Below are positions 27,563-38,128 of a stretch of 64,000 bases of DNA, in pieces. Location: the NCBI GenBank assembly GCA_045105815.1, contig JBGCDX010000098.1, forward strand, positions 5,440 through 69,439, in the 5' to 3' direction. Position 1 is the first letter of the stretch, and every line of letters starts with the position of its first letter. The position numbers and the translations under genes are program-made. The notes under the pieces were generated by a model. The model made no database searches and was not told the DNA's origin. It saw nothing but the letters and a program-made list of their open reading frames with translations. The stretch comes from Gammaproteobacteria bacterium. GTDB taxonomy: Bacteria; Pseudomonadota; Gammaproteobacteria; UBA4575.

Positions 27563-29503
27563 ATGTCTTATTTGATTTCCAATTTCATTTTTGTATTGGC
27601 CGCAACTTTTTTTCTTGGCCTAGGAATGGGATGGTTTATGTGGGGCCGCTTAAAAAAGCGAATAGTGTCACTTGAGAATGATTGGCGCAATCGTTTTATT
27701 ACTTTAGATGATGACTACCAATTATTAATTAAAGATTTCAATGAAGTTGAACTTTTACTTAAAGATCGAATAGAACATATCAATTCCATTAATGATGAAA
27801 AAAACGATTTAGCTATAAAGTTAAATTCTGCAACAAACCTTAATAGCAACACTGGTAATGAGATAGAAGAGTTAAAAAGCCAATTAAGCAAAACCACTAC
27901 ACATCATCGCATCATTAGCAAAGAACTCAATGAAACGAAAAGAGAATTAGAAACCCTTAACAGCACACCTGATGAAATAAGAGAACTTAAAACCCTTCTA
28001 GGACAGGCCACTCAACGTTATAACAATAACGGTCTTGAGTTAAATAACAAAAATGAAGAACTAATATCATTACAGAATCAGTTAGAAAGCACTAGCAAAC
28101 AAACCAGCTCACTAAAAAATGAGTTAGACCATTTGCGTACAAAACTCTTAAATCGTGATAAAGACTTTGAAACTCAAGCCTTATTATTTACAGATACACA
28201 AAACAAACTACGCAATAGCGAGTCTGCATTACAAACCGCTCAAATAAAACTTGATGCAGGTGCTAATCAAAGCATCACAATTAGCACTCAATTAAAAGAG
28301 AGAGATGAGAAAATCTTAATTTTAGAAAATCAGGTTAAGCTCGTATCTAAACAATACAAAGATACTCAATTAGAATTAGCAGACACCAAAAAACATGTGC
28401 CTGCGTTAAATAATGAAATTAATTCTCTACGTGAGCGTGTCCCATCACTTGAGAGCTCTCTCAAGCAACGTGACTCAAGTATTGCGGCACTCGAGAACGA
28501 AGTTAATCGCTTGGCTACAGACTTTCCACCTTTACATGACGAAATAGAAACTCATAAAAAACAAGCTGATGATTTAAAGCAACAATTAAATACTTTGCAG
28601 CTAAGTGTTCCTGATCTTAAAAGCACTATTGCAGCTCGCGATGCACATATACGTGAATTAGAAGTATTTATGAAAGATGCTCAGAATGCCATTCTAAAAC
28701 CTGCAAATGGAAAAAATGGCAATGGCAAAACTGTAAATGGAAATGGTGCCACAAACGGTAATGTTGTTCACATTAATGGCACATCTAAATCTAACAAAAA
28801 TGGATCCAGCCAAGCCAATGGGTCTTCTAAAAACAAAGTTGCTACACATATCAATAATAAAGCTAAACAAAATAATTCAGCTAAACTAGTAGCTACAAAC
28901 AATAAAGCTGCAGCCACAGCAGTCAAACCAAAAATTAAACCTTATGGGTTAAAGAAGCCAACTCGAAAGCCTGATGATTTAAAACTGATTACAGGGATTG
29001 GTGAAACACTAGAAAAAACGTTACATAAGTGCGGAATTTTCTATTTCGAACAAATCGCTAGCTTTAACTTAAAAGATGTTAATACAGTAGATCAATTACT
29101 TAATTTCAGAGGCCGTATTGATCGCGACGATTGGATTAAACAAGCAAGAGTTTTAATGCGTGCTAACAAAAGTACCAATACAGCCAAAAACACTAATAAT
29201 GCTGCTACTAAAAAAACCACTCAAAGGCGCGTACCTAAACGCAAACCTAAAATGAAGCCACTTGGCATGAAACGACCCAGTGGTGAACTAGATGATTTAC
29301 AACTCATCAATGGTGTTGGGCCAACACTTGAGAAAAAACTTCACCGACTTGGAATTTATCACTATGAGCAAATTGCTCATTTAACTGCAGAAGATATTGC
29401 AACCATAGATAGCAAACTTAAGACCTACAAAGGTCGTTTAAAGCGTGATAAATGGCCTATGCAAGCACGTAGATTACATAAAGAATTTTATGCAGGATTG
29501 TAA
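27563..29503 (+). CDS. Membrane-anchored coiled-coil protein with two C-terminal DUF4332/H3TH-like helix-hairpin-helix modules
   Basis: N-terminal TM FIFVLAATFFLGLGMGWFMW. About 330 aa of coiled coil, paralogous to 7356-8657. An Asn/Gly/Lys-rich linker. Tandem repeats DDLKLITGIGETLEKTLHKCGIFYFEQIA... and DDLQLINGVGPTLEKKLHRLGIYHYEQIA.... Confidence 0.6.
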   Translation: MSYLISNFIFVLAATFFLGLGMGWFMWGRLKKRIVSLENDWRNRFITLDDDYQLLIKDFNEVELLLKDRIEHINSINDEKNDLAIKLNSATNLNSNTGNEIEELKSQLSKTTTHHRIISKELNETKRELETLNSTPDEIRELKTLLGQATQRYNNNGLELNNKNEELISLQNQLESTSKQTSSLKNELDHLRTKLLNRDKDFETQALLFTDTQNKLRNSESALQTAQIKLDAGANQSITISTQLKERDEKILILENQVKLVSKQYKDTQLELADTKKHVPALNNEINSLRERVPSLESSLKQRDSSIAALENEVNRLATDFPPLHDEIETHKKQADDLKQQLNTLQLSVPDLKSTIAARDAHIRELEVFMKDAQNAILKPANGKNGNGKTVNGNGATNGNVVHINGTSKSNKNGSSQANGSSKNKVATHINNKAKQNNSAKLVATNNKAAATAVKPKIKPYGLKKPTRKPDDLKLITGIGETLEKTLHKCGIFYFEQIASFNLKDVNTVDQLLNFRGRIDRDDWIKQARVLMRANKSTNTAKNTNNAATKKTTQRRVPKRKPKMKPLGMKRPSGELDDLQLINGVGPTLEKKLHRLGIYHYEQIAHLTAEDIATIDSKLKTYKGRLKRDKWPMQARRLHKEFYAGL

Positions 29504-29562
29504 GGACTACAAACCGCTATAGAACAACAGCAAATATCGATCAAGATGTTTGCTTCAATCAT

Positions 29563-31176
29563 TTAAGTCCCGGTATTAGCTTGTTCAAGCAATACTTGAT
29601 TAGCAAGATATTCCTCGTAACTCCCTTGAAATAAGTTTAGTTGCTGATCTTTAATTTCTACTATGCAGTTCGCCAAGGAAGAAACAAATTCACGATCATG
29701 ACTGACGAAAATTAAGGTGCCTTCATAATGCTCAAGCGCTAAATTTAAAGCTTCTATACTTTCCATATCAAGATGATTGGTAGGCTCATCCATGACCAAT
29801 ACATTTGCATCAGACAACATTAACTTACCAAATAATAGTCGATTCTTTTCTCCACCCGAACATACTTTAGCTTGTTTCTCAAAGTCATCTGAAGAAAACA
29901 ATAGACGACCGAGTGTTCCACGCACCGCCTCATCATCATGTTTAGGTTTTCTCCATAGAGACATCCAATCAAACAAGTTCATATTTCCTTCAAACTCATT
30001 ACTAGTATCTTGTGGGCAATAGCCTAAACTTGCATTCTCAGACCATTTAACAACTCCTTGATTAGCTTCAAGTTCGTTCATTAAACAGCGCAGAAATGTT
30101 GATTTGCCAACTCCATTTTCGCCAATCACAGCTAAGCGTGTACCAGACTCAATTATCATCTCGCCACCATTAAAGAGCTCTTCACCATCAAACCCATGCG
30201 CAAGACCTTCGACCGTTAAAGCATTGCGATGTATTTTTTTATCTTGGCCGAATCGAATAAATGGGCTGCGACGGCTCGAAGGTTTAATATCTTCAAGTTG
30301 AATCTTTTCAATTTGCTTAGCACGCGATGTTGCTTGACGGGCTTTTGATGCATTAGCAGAAAAACGACTAACAAATTGCTGCAAATCTGCAATTTGAGCT
30401 TTCTTTTTAGCATTCTGGGATTGCATACGTTCACGTACAGCAGTTGAAGCAATCATGAAATCATCATAATTTCCAGGATATAAACGCAGTTCACCAAAAT
30501 CCATATCAGCCATATGAGTACACACTGCGTTTAAGAAGTGTCTATCATGAGAGACGATAATCATAGTGCTTTTACGTTCGTTTAATATATTTTCCAACCA
30601 ACGGATGGTATTAATATCTAAATTATTTGTAGGCTCATCTAACAGCAAAATATCTGGATCAGAAAACAAGGCCTGCACTAGCAACACTCTAAGCTTCCAG
30701 CCTGGAGCCACCTCACTCATCAAACCATTATGAAATTCTAACGCTATACCTGCACTTAACAACAAGTCACCTGCGCGACTTTCAGCGCTGTAACCATCTA
30801 ACTCAGCAAACTCTACTTCTAAATCAGCGACCTTCATGCCATCTTCTTCAGACATCTCAGGTAAAGAATAAATATGTTCGCGTTCTTGTTTAATTTCCCA
30901 TAATTGCTGATGACCCATAATCACGGTATCAATCACCGTGAACTCTTCAAAAGCAAATTGATCCTGACTTAACTTACCGAGACGTTCATTAGGGGTGATT
31001 GAAACATTTCCAGATGTTGGTGTTTGACTACCATCTAGAATTTTCATAAACGTTGATTTACCGCATCCATTTGCACCGATTAGGCCATAGCGATTACCAT
31101 CACCAAATTTTGCTGAAATGTTTTCAAATAACGGTTTCGCACCAAATTGCATGGTGATATTTGCAGTAGTAATCAA
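29563..31176 (-). CDS. ybiT: ABC-F family ATPase YbiT (two ABC domains, no TMD)
   Basis: 537 aa. N-terminus [47 protein letters not shown] aligns residue for residue with E. coli YbiT. TTG start. Confidence 0.85.
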   Translation of the reverse strand: MITTANITMQFGAKPLFENISAKFGDGNRYGLIGANGCGKSTFMKILDGSQTPTSGNVSITPNERLGKLSQDQFAFEEFTVIDTVIMGHQQLWEIKQEREHIYSLPEMSEEDGMKVADLEVEFAELDGYSAESRAGDLLLSAGIALEFHNGLMSEVAPGWKLRVLLVQALFSDPDILLLDEPTNNLDINTIRWLENILNERKSTMIIVSHDRHFLNAVCTHMADMDFGELRLYPGNYDDFMIASTAVRERMQSQNAKKKAQIADLQQFVSRFSANASKARQATSRAKQIEKIQLEDIKPSSRRSPFIRFGQDKKIHRNALTVEGLAHGFDGEELFNGGEMIIESGTRLAVIGENGVGKSTFLRCLMNELEANQGVVKWSENASLGYCPQDTSNEFEGNMNLFDWMSLWRKPKHDDEAVRGTLGRLLFSSDDFEKQAKVCSGGEKNRLLFGKLMLSDANVLVMDEPTNHLDMESIEALNLALEHYEGTLIFVSHDREFVSSLANCIVEIKDQQLNLFQGSYEEYLANQVLLEQANTGT

Positions 31177-31367
31177 TGAATTAATCCCTGAAGATATGGA
31201 TGAACAAACGTTTAATCGCTGCGTACTATAAAGATTTGTAGCGGAATCGTCGAGTCAAACAGTGTAATTATATTTGCAAGATGATGGCGATATTAGCCAT
31301 TTAGTATATGGCTACACTCAACTATTCATAATGAGATGGTTAAGCTACCACCTTAGCTACGCTGCAT

Positions 31368-32897
31368 TTATGCTATTTGATCATCAGCCACATGATAACG
31401 AGGGTCTTCCAACACATTCACCTCTACCAAATCACCTGCTTTTGTAAGTAATTGACGACACTCAACGCTAAGATGACGCAAGTGTAATGTTTTACCTGCT
31501 TTTATATATCTTTCTGCCAGGGTATCAATCGCTTCAATCGCTGAATGATCTGCTACTCGCGAATTTTGAAACTCTATTACAACATCATCCGGGTCATCAT
31601 TTGGGTTAAACATTTCTAAAAAGTTTTTTACTGAACCAAAAAATAGCGGGCCATTCAGTTCATGAATTCTGGAGCCTTTCTCATCATCATAACTATTGAT
31701 GTTGATATGTTTGGCATTTTCCCAAGCAAATGCCAATGCCGAAACAATTACTCCGACCACAACTGCCACTGCTAAATCTGTAAACACAGTAACGGCTGAA
31801 ACTAACACCAGTACGAAGGCATCCGTTAGCGGAATTTTCCTTATTATTCTTAGACTTGACCATTCAAAAGTTGCAAACACAACGATGAACATAACACCTA
31901 CAAGTGCCGCCATAGGAATGCGTTCAATTAAGGGCGATGCAAAAAGAATAAATATTAGCAAGAAGATTGCAGCTGCTACACCTGATAAGCGTTGACGACC
32001 ACCAGAGTTTATATTGATCATGCTCTGCCCAATCATCGCACAGCCTCCCATGCCACCAAACAGTCCTGTTACCGTATTAGCGATACCTTGCCCTACGCAC
32101 TCACGGTTTCCACGTCCACGCGTATTAGTAACTTCATCGATTAACGTTAAGGTAAGTAGCGATTCTATAAGACCGATGGCTGCAAGAATAAACGCATAGG
32201 GCAAAATAATAAATAGTGTTTCAAAATTAAAAGGCACCGCTGGAATATGAAATGTTGGTAGACCGCCCTCAATACTTGCTAAGTCTCCTACGGTTGCGGT
32301 ATCTAATTGTAAGCCGATGACCAACAAACTAACGACAATAATAGCAGCCAATGCTGCTGGAAATTTTCCAGTAATTTTTGGCAAAAAATGAATGATTGCC
32401 ATTGTAAGAACTATTAGGCCAGCAAAAACAACCAAAGCATTCCCGCTTAACCATTCTTTTATTCCTTCAGGCGAAGTAATTTGAAAATGTTGTAGCTGCG
32501 CTAGAAATATCACAATCGCTAATCCATTAACAAACCCAAGCATAACGGGATGAGGCACGATTCGAATGAATTTACCAAGCCGCATTACTCCAGCTGATAT
32601 TTGAAAAATACCAGTAAGCACTACAGCGGCAAATAGATACTCAACTCCATGCTCCGCGACCAAAGCCACCATGACCACAGCCATCGCGCCCGTTGCACCC
32701 GATATCATGCCTGGACGTCCACCAAAAATAGCCGCTAATAAACCCACCATAAAAGCTGCATACAATCCCACTAGTGGATCAACACCTGCTACAAAAGCAA
32801 ATGCTACTGCTTCTGGCACTAAGGCTAACGCAACTGTTAAACCAGACAAAAGCTCATTTTGAAAACACGCGCGACTAGCGCAACCAAGCTGAAACAT
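31368..32897 (-). CDS. SulP-family anion (sulfate/bicarbonate) permease with C-terminal STAS domain
   Basis: 509 aa. Polytopic N-terminal part. STAS-like C-terminus. Confidence 0.85.
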   Translation of the reverse strand: MFQLGCASRACFQNELLSGLTVALALVPEAVAFAFVAGVDPLVGLYAAFMVGLLAAIFGGRPGMISGATGAMAVVMVALVAEHGVEYLFAAVVLTGIFQISAGVMRLGKFIRIVPHPVMLGFVNGLAIVIFLAQLQHFQITSPEGIKEWLSGNALVVFAGLIVLTMAIIHFLPKITGKFPAALAAIIVVSLLVIGLQLDTATVGDLASIEGGLPTFHIPAVPFNFETLFIILPYAFILAAIGLIESLLTLTLIDEVTNTRGRGNRECVGQGIANTVTGLFGGMGGCAMIGQSMININSGGRQRLSGVAAAIFLLIFILFASPLIERIPMAALVGVMFIVVFATFEWSSLRIIRKIPLTDAFVLVLVSAVTVFTDLAVAVVVGVIVSALAFAWENAKHININSYDDEKGSRIHELNGPLFFGSVKNFLEMFNPNDDPDDVVIEFQNSRVADHSAIEAIDTLAERYIKAGKTLHLRHLSVECRQLLTKAGDLVEVNVLEDPRYHVADDQIA

Positions 32898-33235
32898 GAA
32901 TTACCTATAGAGATTTCACTACACGAAGGGCGCGCAATATAACAGAATATTACTAGACAAAATATACAGCTATAGAGGCCCTATCTTGCCCAACTTGACT
33001 ACAAATAAATTCAAGAACCCGTATGGTATGCAGACCAAAGTTGATCAGTAAGAAACTAATATTCTTACAAACCTAGCGATAACACCAATAATAGTTTCTA
33101 AACACAAAATTTTTGAATCTCAGCCTGAATATAAGGTAGTTCATTGGTAGTATGGGCAGTACACTTTACGCTGAACTGCAGATAACGTAATACCGTTAAA
33201 ACCTCTTAAATTTCCGACCAAGAACCAAGCTACCT

Positions 33236-34618
33236 GTGACTACAAACACATTTTCTACTTTACCTTTAGCACCTGAACTTCTCTCAAATATAGAGTCATT
33301 AAATTATCTAAAAATGACTCCAATACAAGAACAAAGCTTACCGAAGATCTTACAAGGCAAAGATTTGCTTGCACAAGCAAAAACAGGTAGCGGCAAAACA
33401 GTCGCTTTTGGGATCGGAATTTTGCACAATTTTGATGCACAACTATACCAAACCCAAGCGCTAGTAATTTGTCCCACCCGAGAACTTGCAGACCAAGTGA
33501 GCAAAGAACTACGTCGCCTTGCGCGCGCAACACCCAATACAAATATTTTGACACTATGTGGTGGAAAACCGCTTGGCCCCCAACTCGCTTCATTAGAACG
33601 TAACCCACATATTGTAGTGGGCACGCCCGGCCGATTACTTAAACATTTAGAAAAAGGCACATTAAATCTTAATAAGTTAAAAACATTGGTGCTGGACGAA
33701 GCAGATCGTATGTTAGATATGGGTTTTCTAGAAGACATCATGCGTGTAATTGATGACACTCCAAAACATAAACAAACACTACTTTTTTCTGCCACCTATC
33801 CTGACGAAATTCAACGCATTAGTAAAAATATTCAGAATGATCCGATAGATGTACGCGTAGAGAGCTTACATAAAGACACAAAAATAAAACAAGTATTTTA
33901 TGAAATAGGAAAAGGCGACCGGACTAAAGTATTAATCGCTTTATTAGAGCACTACCGCCCAGAGTCTAGCTTGATATTTTGTAACCGAAAACAGCAATGC
34001 CAAGAACTTGCAAATGAATTATGGAAACAAGGTTTTCATGCTCTAGCATTACATGGCGATCTAGATCAAAAAGATCGTGATCAAGTATTAGTGCAAGCTA
34101 TGAATAAAAGCACTTCTATTTTAGTTGCAACTGATGTCGCAGCACGTGGCTTAGATATTAAAAACCTAGATGCAGTGATCGTATTTGAAATTTCCCCAGA
34201 CCCAGAAGTCCACATTCATCGCATTGGACGAACAGGCCGTGCAGAAAGCAATGGCTTAGCACTTAGCTTATTCATGCCTTCTGAAGCAAAAAAAGTTATC
34301 GCAATTGAAGATTATCAGAAGAGTCCGGTTACCATTCATAAGCCCAGCTCCTTAAAAACTCGAGAAAACTTTAAACTTAGCCCACCTATGGTCAGTTTAA
34401 ACATAAACGGCGGACGCAAAGAAAAAGTGCGGCCTGGTGATATTCTTGGAGCGTTAACAGCAAACACTACATTACCCGGTAAGCAAATTGGCAAGATTGA
34501 TATATTTGATTATTTCTCTTATGTCGCAGTAGAACGTTCTATAGCCAAGCAGGCGTTTAATATCCTGGCTGACGGAAAAATTAAAGGTCGAAAATTTAAA
34601 GTGCGTAAATTGCGATAA
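33236..34618 (+). CDS. dbpA: ATP-dependent DEAD-box RNA helicase DbpA
   Basis: Q-motif, AKTGSGKT, DEAD, SAT and HRIGRTGR motifs. C-terminal DbpA-type RNA-binding domain. 460 aa versus 457 in E. coli. GTG start. Confidence 0.85.
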   Translation: MTTNTFSTLPLAPELLSNIESLNYLKMTPIQEQSLPKILQGKDLLAQAKTGSGKTVAFGIGILHNFDAQLYQTQALVICPTRELADQVSKELRRLARATPNTNILTLCGGKPLGPQLASLERNPHIVVGTPGRLLKHLEKGTLNLNKLKTLVLDEADRMLDMGFLEDIMRVIDDTPKHKQTLLFSATYPDEIQRISKNIQNDPIDVRVESLHKDTKIKQVFYEIGKGDRTKVLIALLEHYRPESSLIFCNRKQQCQELANELWKQGFHALALHGDLDQKDRDQVLVQAMNKSTSILVATDVAARGLDIKNLDAVIVFEISPDPEVHIHRIGRTGRAESNGLALSLFMPSEAKKVIAIEDYQKSPVTIHKPSSLKTRENFKLSPPMVSLNINGGRKEKVRPGDILGALTANTTLPGKQIGKIDIFDYFSYVAVERSIAKQAFNILADGKIKGRKFKVRKLR

Positions 34619-34684
34619 AGATCTATAAAACTATTTGCAAAAATGACGGACTAAATTATATAAGCAGTAAAAATACTAATAATC

Positions 34685-35605
34685 ATGTCAGAAATTAGAT
34701 ATATAGCAATAATATTAGCAGTAATTTTTTTATTATCAGCAGGCACATCATGCTCTACACCTTCAGAAAAAAATATTATTAAAAATATAGAACTTTGCAC
34801 TACCTTAGTATGTAGAAACTTGACCTGGACAGATGGATTTAAGCATTGTGGCACCTTTATTCATGAATGTGGCAATTACACCGAGGCATCAATTAAAAAC
34901 CAATATTCATTACAAGGATTTGCATTTCAATATGATCCCCAAAATTCAGGAAGCTCGACTTATATTGCTGATCGCGAAGCATTCCTAAACCCCAACAAAG
35001 AAGACGTTACCCATCAGCTCATACCCGCACCTACCGGCATATCATCAAATGAATTTGTCGGGCTAATTCGTTCTAATGCCAAAACGTATGCTGCGACTGC
35101 CTATTGGCCATATGGGCCTAATTCAAATAGTGCTGCAGATTTTCCTCTCTATAAAAGTGGCGCTAAAACGAAAAAAATTGATGGTGCATTAGGTTTGCAC
35201 CATTACCACAAAGATTCTGAACTAGATGAAATAAAAAATAATGCAGTCAGATTATTTTATGAATATGCAAGCAGTAAAACCAAAACATTGGTTAAGCAGA
35301 TTAAACAACAAACACTTAATGATGGCAGTTTCATGAACTTGAATATCGGCGACAATAAAGAAGAAATCATCAGTAGTTTATTTGCTCTACAGGCTTTTTA
35401 TATCACTACACAAAATGGCCCTACAGGAAACACTATAGATTTACGCACCAACACTACATCTGATCATGCTCGATTACATGAAGCAGACCGTTGGAATGTA
35501 ACCTATGATGATAATGGCGAGATATTTTGGTTTTTACAATTAGATTTTGACATGCAGAATCTTTATGAAATTAACGTTAAATCTTCAGGCTTAGAATTGC
35601 CTTGA
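34685..35605 (+). CDS. Hypothetical lipoprotein
   Basis: 306 aa. Lipobox-like LLSAGTSCS. No recognisable domain. Confidence 0.5.
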   Translation: MSEIRYIAIILAVIFLLSAGTSCSTPSEKNIIKNIELCTTLVCRNLTWTDGFKHCGTFIHECGNYTEASIKNQYSLQGFAFQYDPQNSGSSTYIADREAFLNPNKEDVTHQLIPAPTGISSNEFVGLIRSNAKTYAATAYWPYGPNSNSAADFPLYKSGAKTKKIDGALGLHHYHKDSELDEIKNNAVRLFYEYASSKTKTLVKQIKQQTLNDGSFMNLNIGDNKEEIISSLFALQAFYITTQNGPTGNTIDLRTNTTSDHARLHEADRWNVTYDDNGEIFWFLQLDFDMQNLYEINVKSSGLELP

Positions 35606-35618
35606 TTATTATTAATAA

Positions 35619-36317
35619 ATGTTAAGTATTCCATCTACTCGTTCCTCACCAAAAGACGTTGCAAGATTAAAACGAGCTTTTCTAACTGCATTTTTATTTA
35701 CAACTTTTTTATGGGCGATCGAAATACTAAAATATTTTTTTGGTCTCGAGGTATTTAAGCTTGGTGTTCACCCTCAAAGTTTATTAGGTTTAATTGGGGT
35801 AATCACCGCACCCTTAATTCATGGCTCATTCGAGCATTTAATCTCTAATACTCCTGCACTGCTCATCCTTGGCACGATTCTTTTATATGGATATCCACGC
35901 TCATGCTGGTTAGTGCTCACAGCAGTTTGGCTGATAGCTGAGCTTGGTGTGTGGTTTACTGCACGCCCTGTTTACCACTTTGGTGCTAGCGGGCTAACTT
36001 ATGGCTTTATGGCTTTCATATTTATTATTGGCATTTTACGCAGAGACCGCCTGGCGATTACACTTTCATTATTAGTATTCTTTTTATATGGCACTATGAT
36101 TTGGGGAGTATTCCCTCATCGGCCAGGCGTATCGTTTGAAACCCACCTATGGGGTGGAGGTCTCGGGGTAATATGCGCAGTATTATTGCGTAATTATGAT
36201 CCTTCTCCCCCGCAAAAACGATACAGCTGGGAAGATGAAGACGAAGATGACCCTTATATAGGTGATGATTGGAATGATGCTGATAGTAAAATAGAAAATA
36301 ATGAAAAAGCTGAATAA
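35619..36317 (+). CDS. Rhomboid-family intramembrane serine protease
   Basis: About 6 TM helices. GxSG motif in [12 protein letters not shown] conserved His sits in a later TM ([10 protein letters not shown]). Acidic C-terminal tail. Confidence 0.7.
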   Translation: MLSIPSTRSSPKDVARLKRAFLTAFLFTTFLWAIEILKYFFGLEVFKLGVHPQSLLGLIGVITAPLIHGSFEHLISNTPALLILGTILLYGYPRSCWLVLTAVWLIAELGVWFTARPVYHFGASGLTYGFMAFIFIIGILRRDRLAITLSLLVFFLYGTMIWGVFPHRPGVSFETHLWGGGLGVICAVLLRNYDPSPPQKRYSWEDEDEDDPYIGDDWNDADSKIENNEKAE

Positions 36318-37182
36318 TATTTTCAGCCATTATCACGTAAGATATCCTTATATGCATTCTCAACGATTTACTAAACTACAAAAACAGTTAAGAAGACAAA
36401 CTGGAAAAGCAATTGCAGATTACCATATGATTGATGATGGTGATCGCATTATGGTGTGCCTATCAGGAGGAAAAGATTCATATACTCTTTTAGACATGCT
36501 TATGCAGCTACAACCGGTAGCTCCAATTAACTTTGAACTCATAGCAGTTAATTTAGACCAAAAACAACCTGGTTTTCCTGAGCATATCTTACCTAACTAC
36601 CTTGACAAGCTAAATGTTGAATACCGTGTAATTGAAAAAGACACCTATAGCATTGTTAAAGAAAAAATAGCACCAGGGAAAACTACCTGCTCATTATGCT
36701 CCCGATTACGACGTGGAATTCTTTACAATACAGCCGAAGACATAAGTGCAAATAAAATTGCACTAGGCCACCATATGGATGATTTAGTTGAAACGATGTT
36801 TATGAATATGTTTCATGGCTCAAGACTAAAAACTATGCCACCAAAATTAGTAAGTGATGATAAGCGTAATGTAGTGATTCGGCCTTTAGTATATTGCCGA
36901 GAAAAAGATATCGCTAACTATTCAGAAAGAAAAGAATTCCCTATCATTCCATGTAATTTATGCGGAACCCAGCCTAACCTTGAACGCGTGCGTATAAAAA
37001 ATATGCTTAGCGAATGGGACAAACAGTCGCCCGATCGTGTTGGAAATATTTTTCGCTCTATGAAAAATATATCTAGCAGCCACTTGCTAGATACTAGTTT
37101 GTTTGATTTTGATTCTATGACTTCAGAATCTGTTAGCTCAGAAAATGAAGAAGAATTAGTTTTTAGTGCACAACCTCAGTAG
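36301..37182 (+). CDS. ttcA: tRNA 2-thiocytidine(32) synthetase TtcA
   Basis: PP-loop [10 protein letters not shown]. Cys motifs [10 protein letters not shown] and CNLCG. Closely matches the E. coli TtcA core. An alternative start is the ATG at 36352. Confidence 0.9.
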   Translation: MKKLNNIFSHYHVRYPYMHSQRFTKLQKQLRRQTGKAIADYHMIDDGDRIMVCLSGGKDSYTLLDMLMQLQPVAPINFELIAVNLDQKQPGFPEHILPNYLDKLNVEYRVIEKDTYSIVKEKIAPGKTTCSLCSRLRRGILYNTAEDISANKIALGHHMDDLVETMFMNMFHGSRLKTMPPKLVSDDKRNVVIRPLVYCREKDIANYSERKEFPIIPCNLCGTQPNLERVRIKNMLSEWDKQSPDRVGNIFRSMKNISSSHLLDTSLFDFDSMTSESVSSENEEELVFSAQPQ

Positions 37183-37221
37183 ATATATTATCTAGCTATC
37201 CACTTACCGCAATTAATTCGG

Positions 37222-37680
37222 TTGAGAAATTTTATATACCAACATTCAATCTCTAGCCATATCTTTGTAATTATGCAGATGGGTGGCATAGCTACCTGTT
37301 GTTATCCAGTTGGTTTACAGAATTCAGGCAGCATCTATTGGTTAGTATTGTGTGCACTGGGTGCAATACTAGGTGTATTAACACTTTGTTATAACAAGAT
37401 CGGCAACTTTAGCGTCTACCCTGAAATTAAAAGTAAAGCCATATTAATAACCATTGGTCCCTATCGATATATTAGACATCCTATGTATACAAGCTTGATA
37501 ATAATGATGTGTGGTATCGCACTCTATAATTATCATTGGTTAAATGCTGTAGGTGTAATTCTTGTGTTAAGCGCAGTAATAAATAAAGCTAATATTGAAG
37601 AAAAGTTGTTACTCATAAGATTTACAGGCTACGCAAATTATCAGCGTAAAAGTCATCGATTTTTGCCATTTATATATTAA
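37222..37680 (+). CDS. Isoprenylcysteine carboxyl methyltransferase (ICMT)/phospholipid methyltransferase family membrane protein
   Basis: The motif GPYRYIRHPMYTS is diagnostic. The ORF begins at a TTG. The true start may be the ATG at 37273 (MQMGG...). Confidence 0.7.
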   Translation: MRNFIYQHSISSHIFVIMQMGGIATCCYPVGLQNSGSIYWLVLCALGAILGVLTLCYNKIGNFSVYPEIKSKAILITIGPYRYIRHPMYTSLIIMMCGIALYNYHWLNAVGVILVLSAVINKANIEEKLLLIRFTGYANYQRKSHRFLPFIY

Positions 37681-38128
37681 ATATAAAAAATCTTAGCATT
37701 GCTCACCACTAACTCCGCTCTCGGCTTAGGACTATTGTCGAAGGGAATTTGTGGCTTACTCGATAAAGGCTTTGGTTAACGATTTATAGTGGATTCTTAT
37801 AGAGCTTCAAACCTCTATACTCGCATTTGATTATTAGCGCTCAGTGCGCATAACAAGCACATAAAGCCCTTCAAACTGTTGTTTTGTGGCTAAAACAGTA
37901 TAAATATTGTGGATATTAGAGGAATCGCCCTTACTACTCTATAATTCGCGGCCGTTTGTATAAAACACTCTAGAGTTAACTGCATGATATTCATAGCGAA
38001 TAGCTCAAATTATGTACGCTATTGCTTGGTCGTTACTCTTTTGTAGTAGATCGATTCAGGCCCAGAACATCTAAAATACATAACTAATATATATAAGTAT
38101 AAAAATACACCCAGGTTTTTGAGTCGAA

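Noticed and set aside
31696-32862. Plus-strand Ala/Thr/Pro-rich ORFs antisense to the SulP gene
   Set aside because: Their biased composition mirrors the antisense of a hydrophobic membrane-protein gene. They are short, unrelated to each other, and lack start context.
33255-33795. Minus-strand ORFs of 117 and 163 aa overlapping the 5' half of dbpA
   Set aside because: dbpA is strongly supported by its motifs. The antisense ORFs are Ser/Arg/Cys-rich with no domain or RBS.
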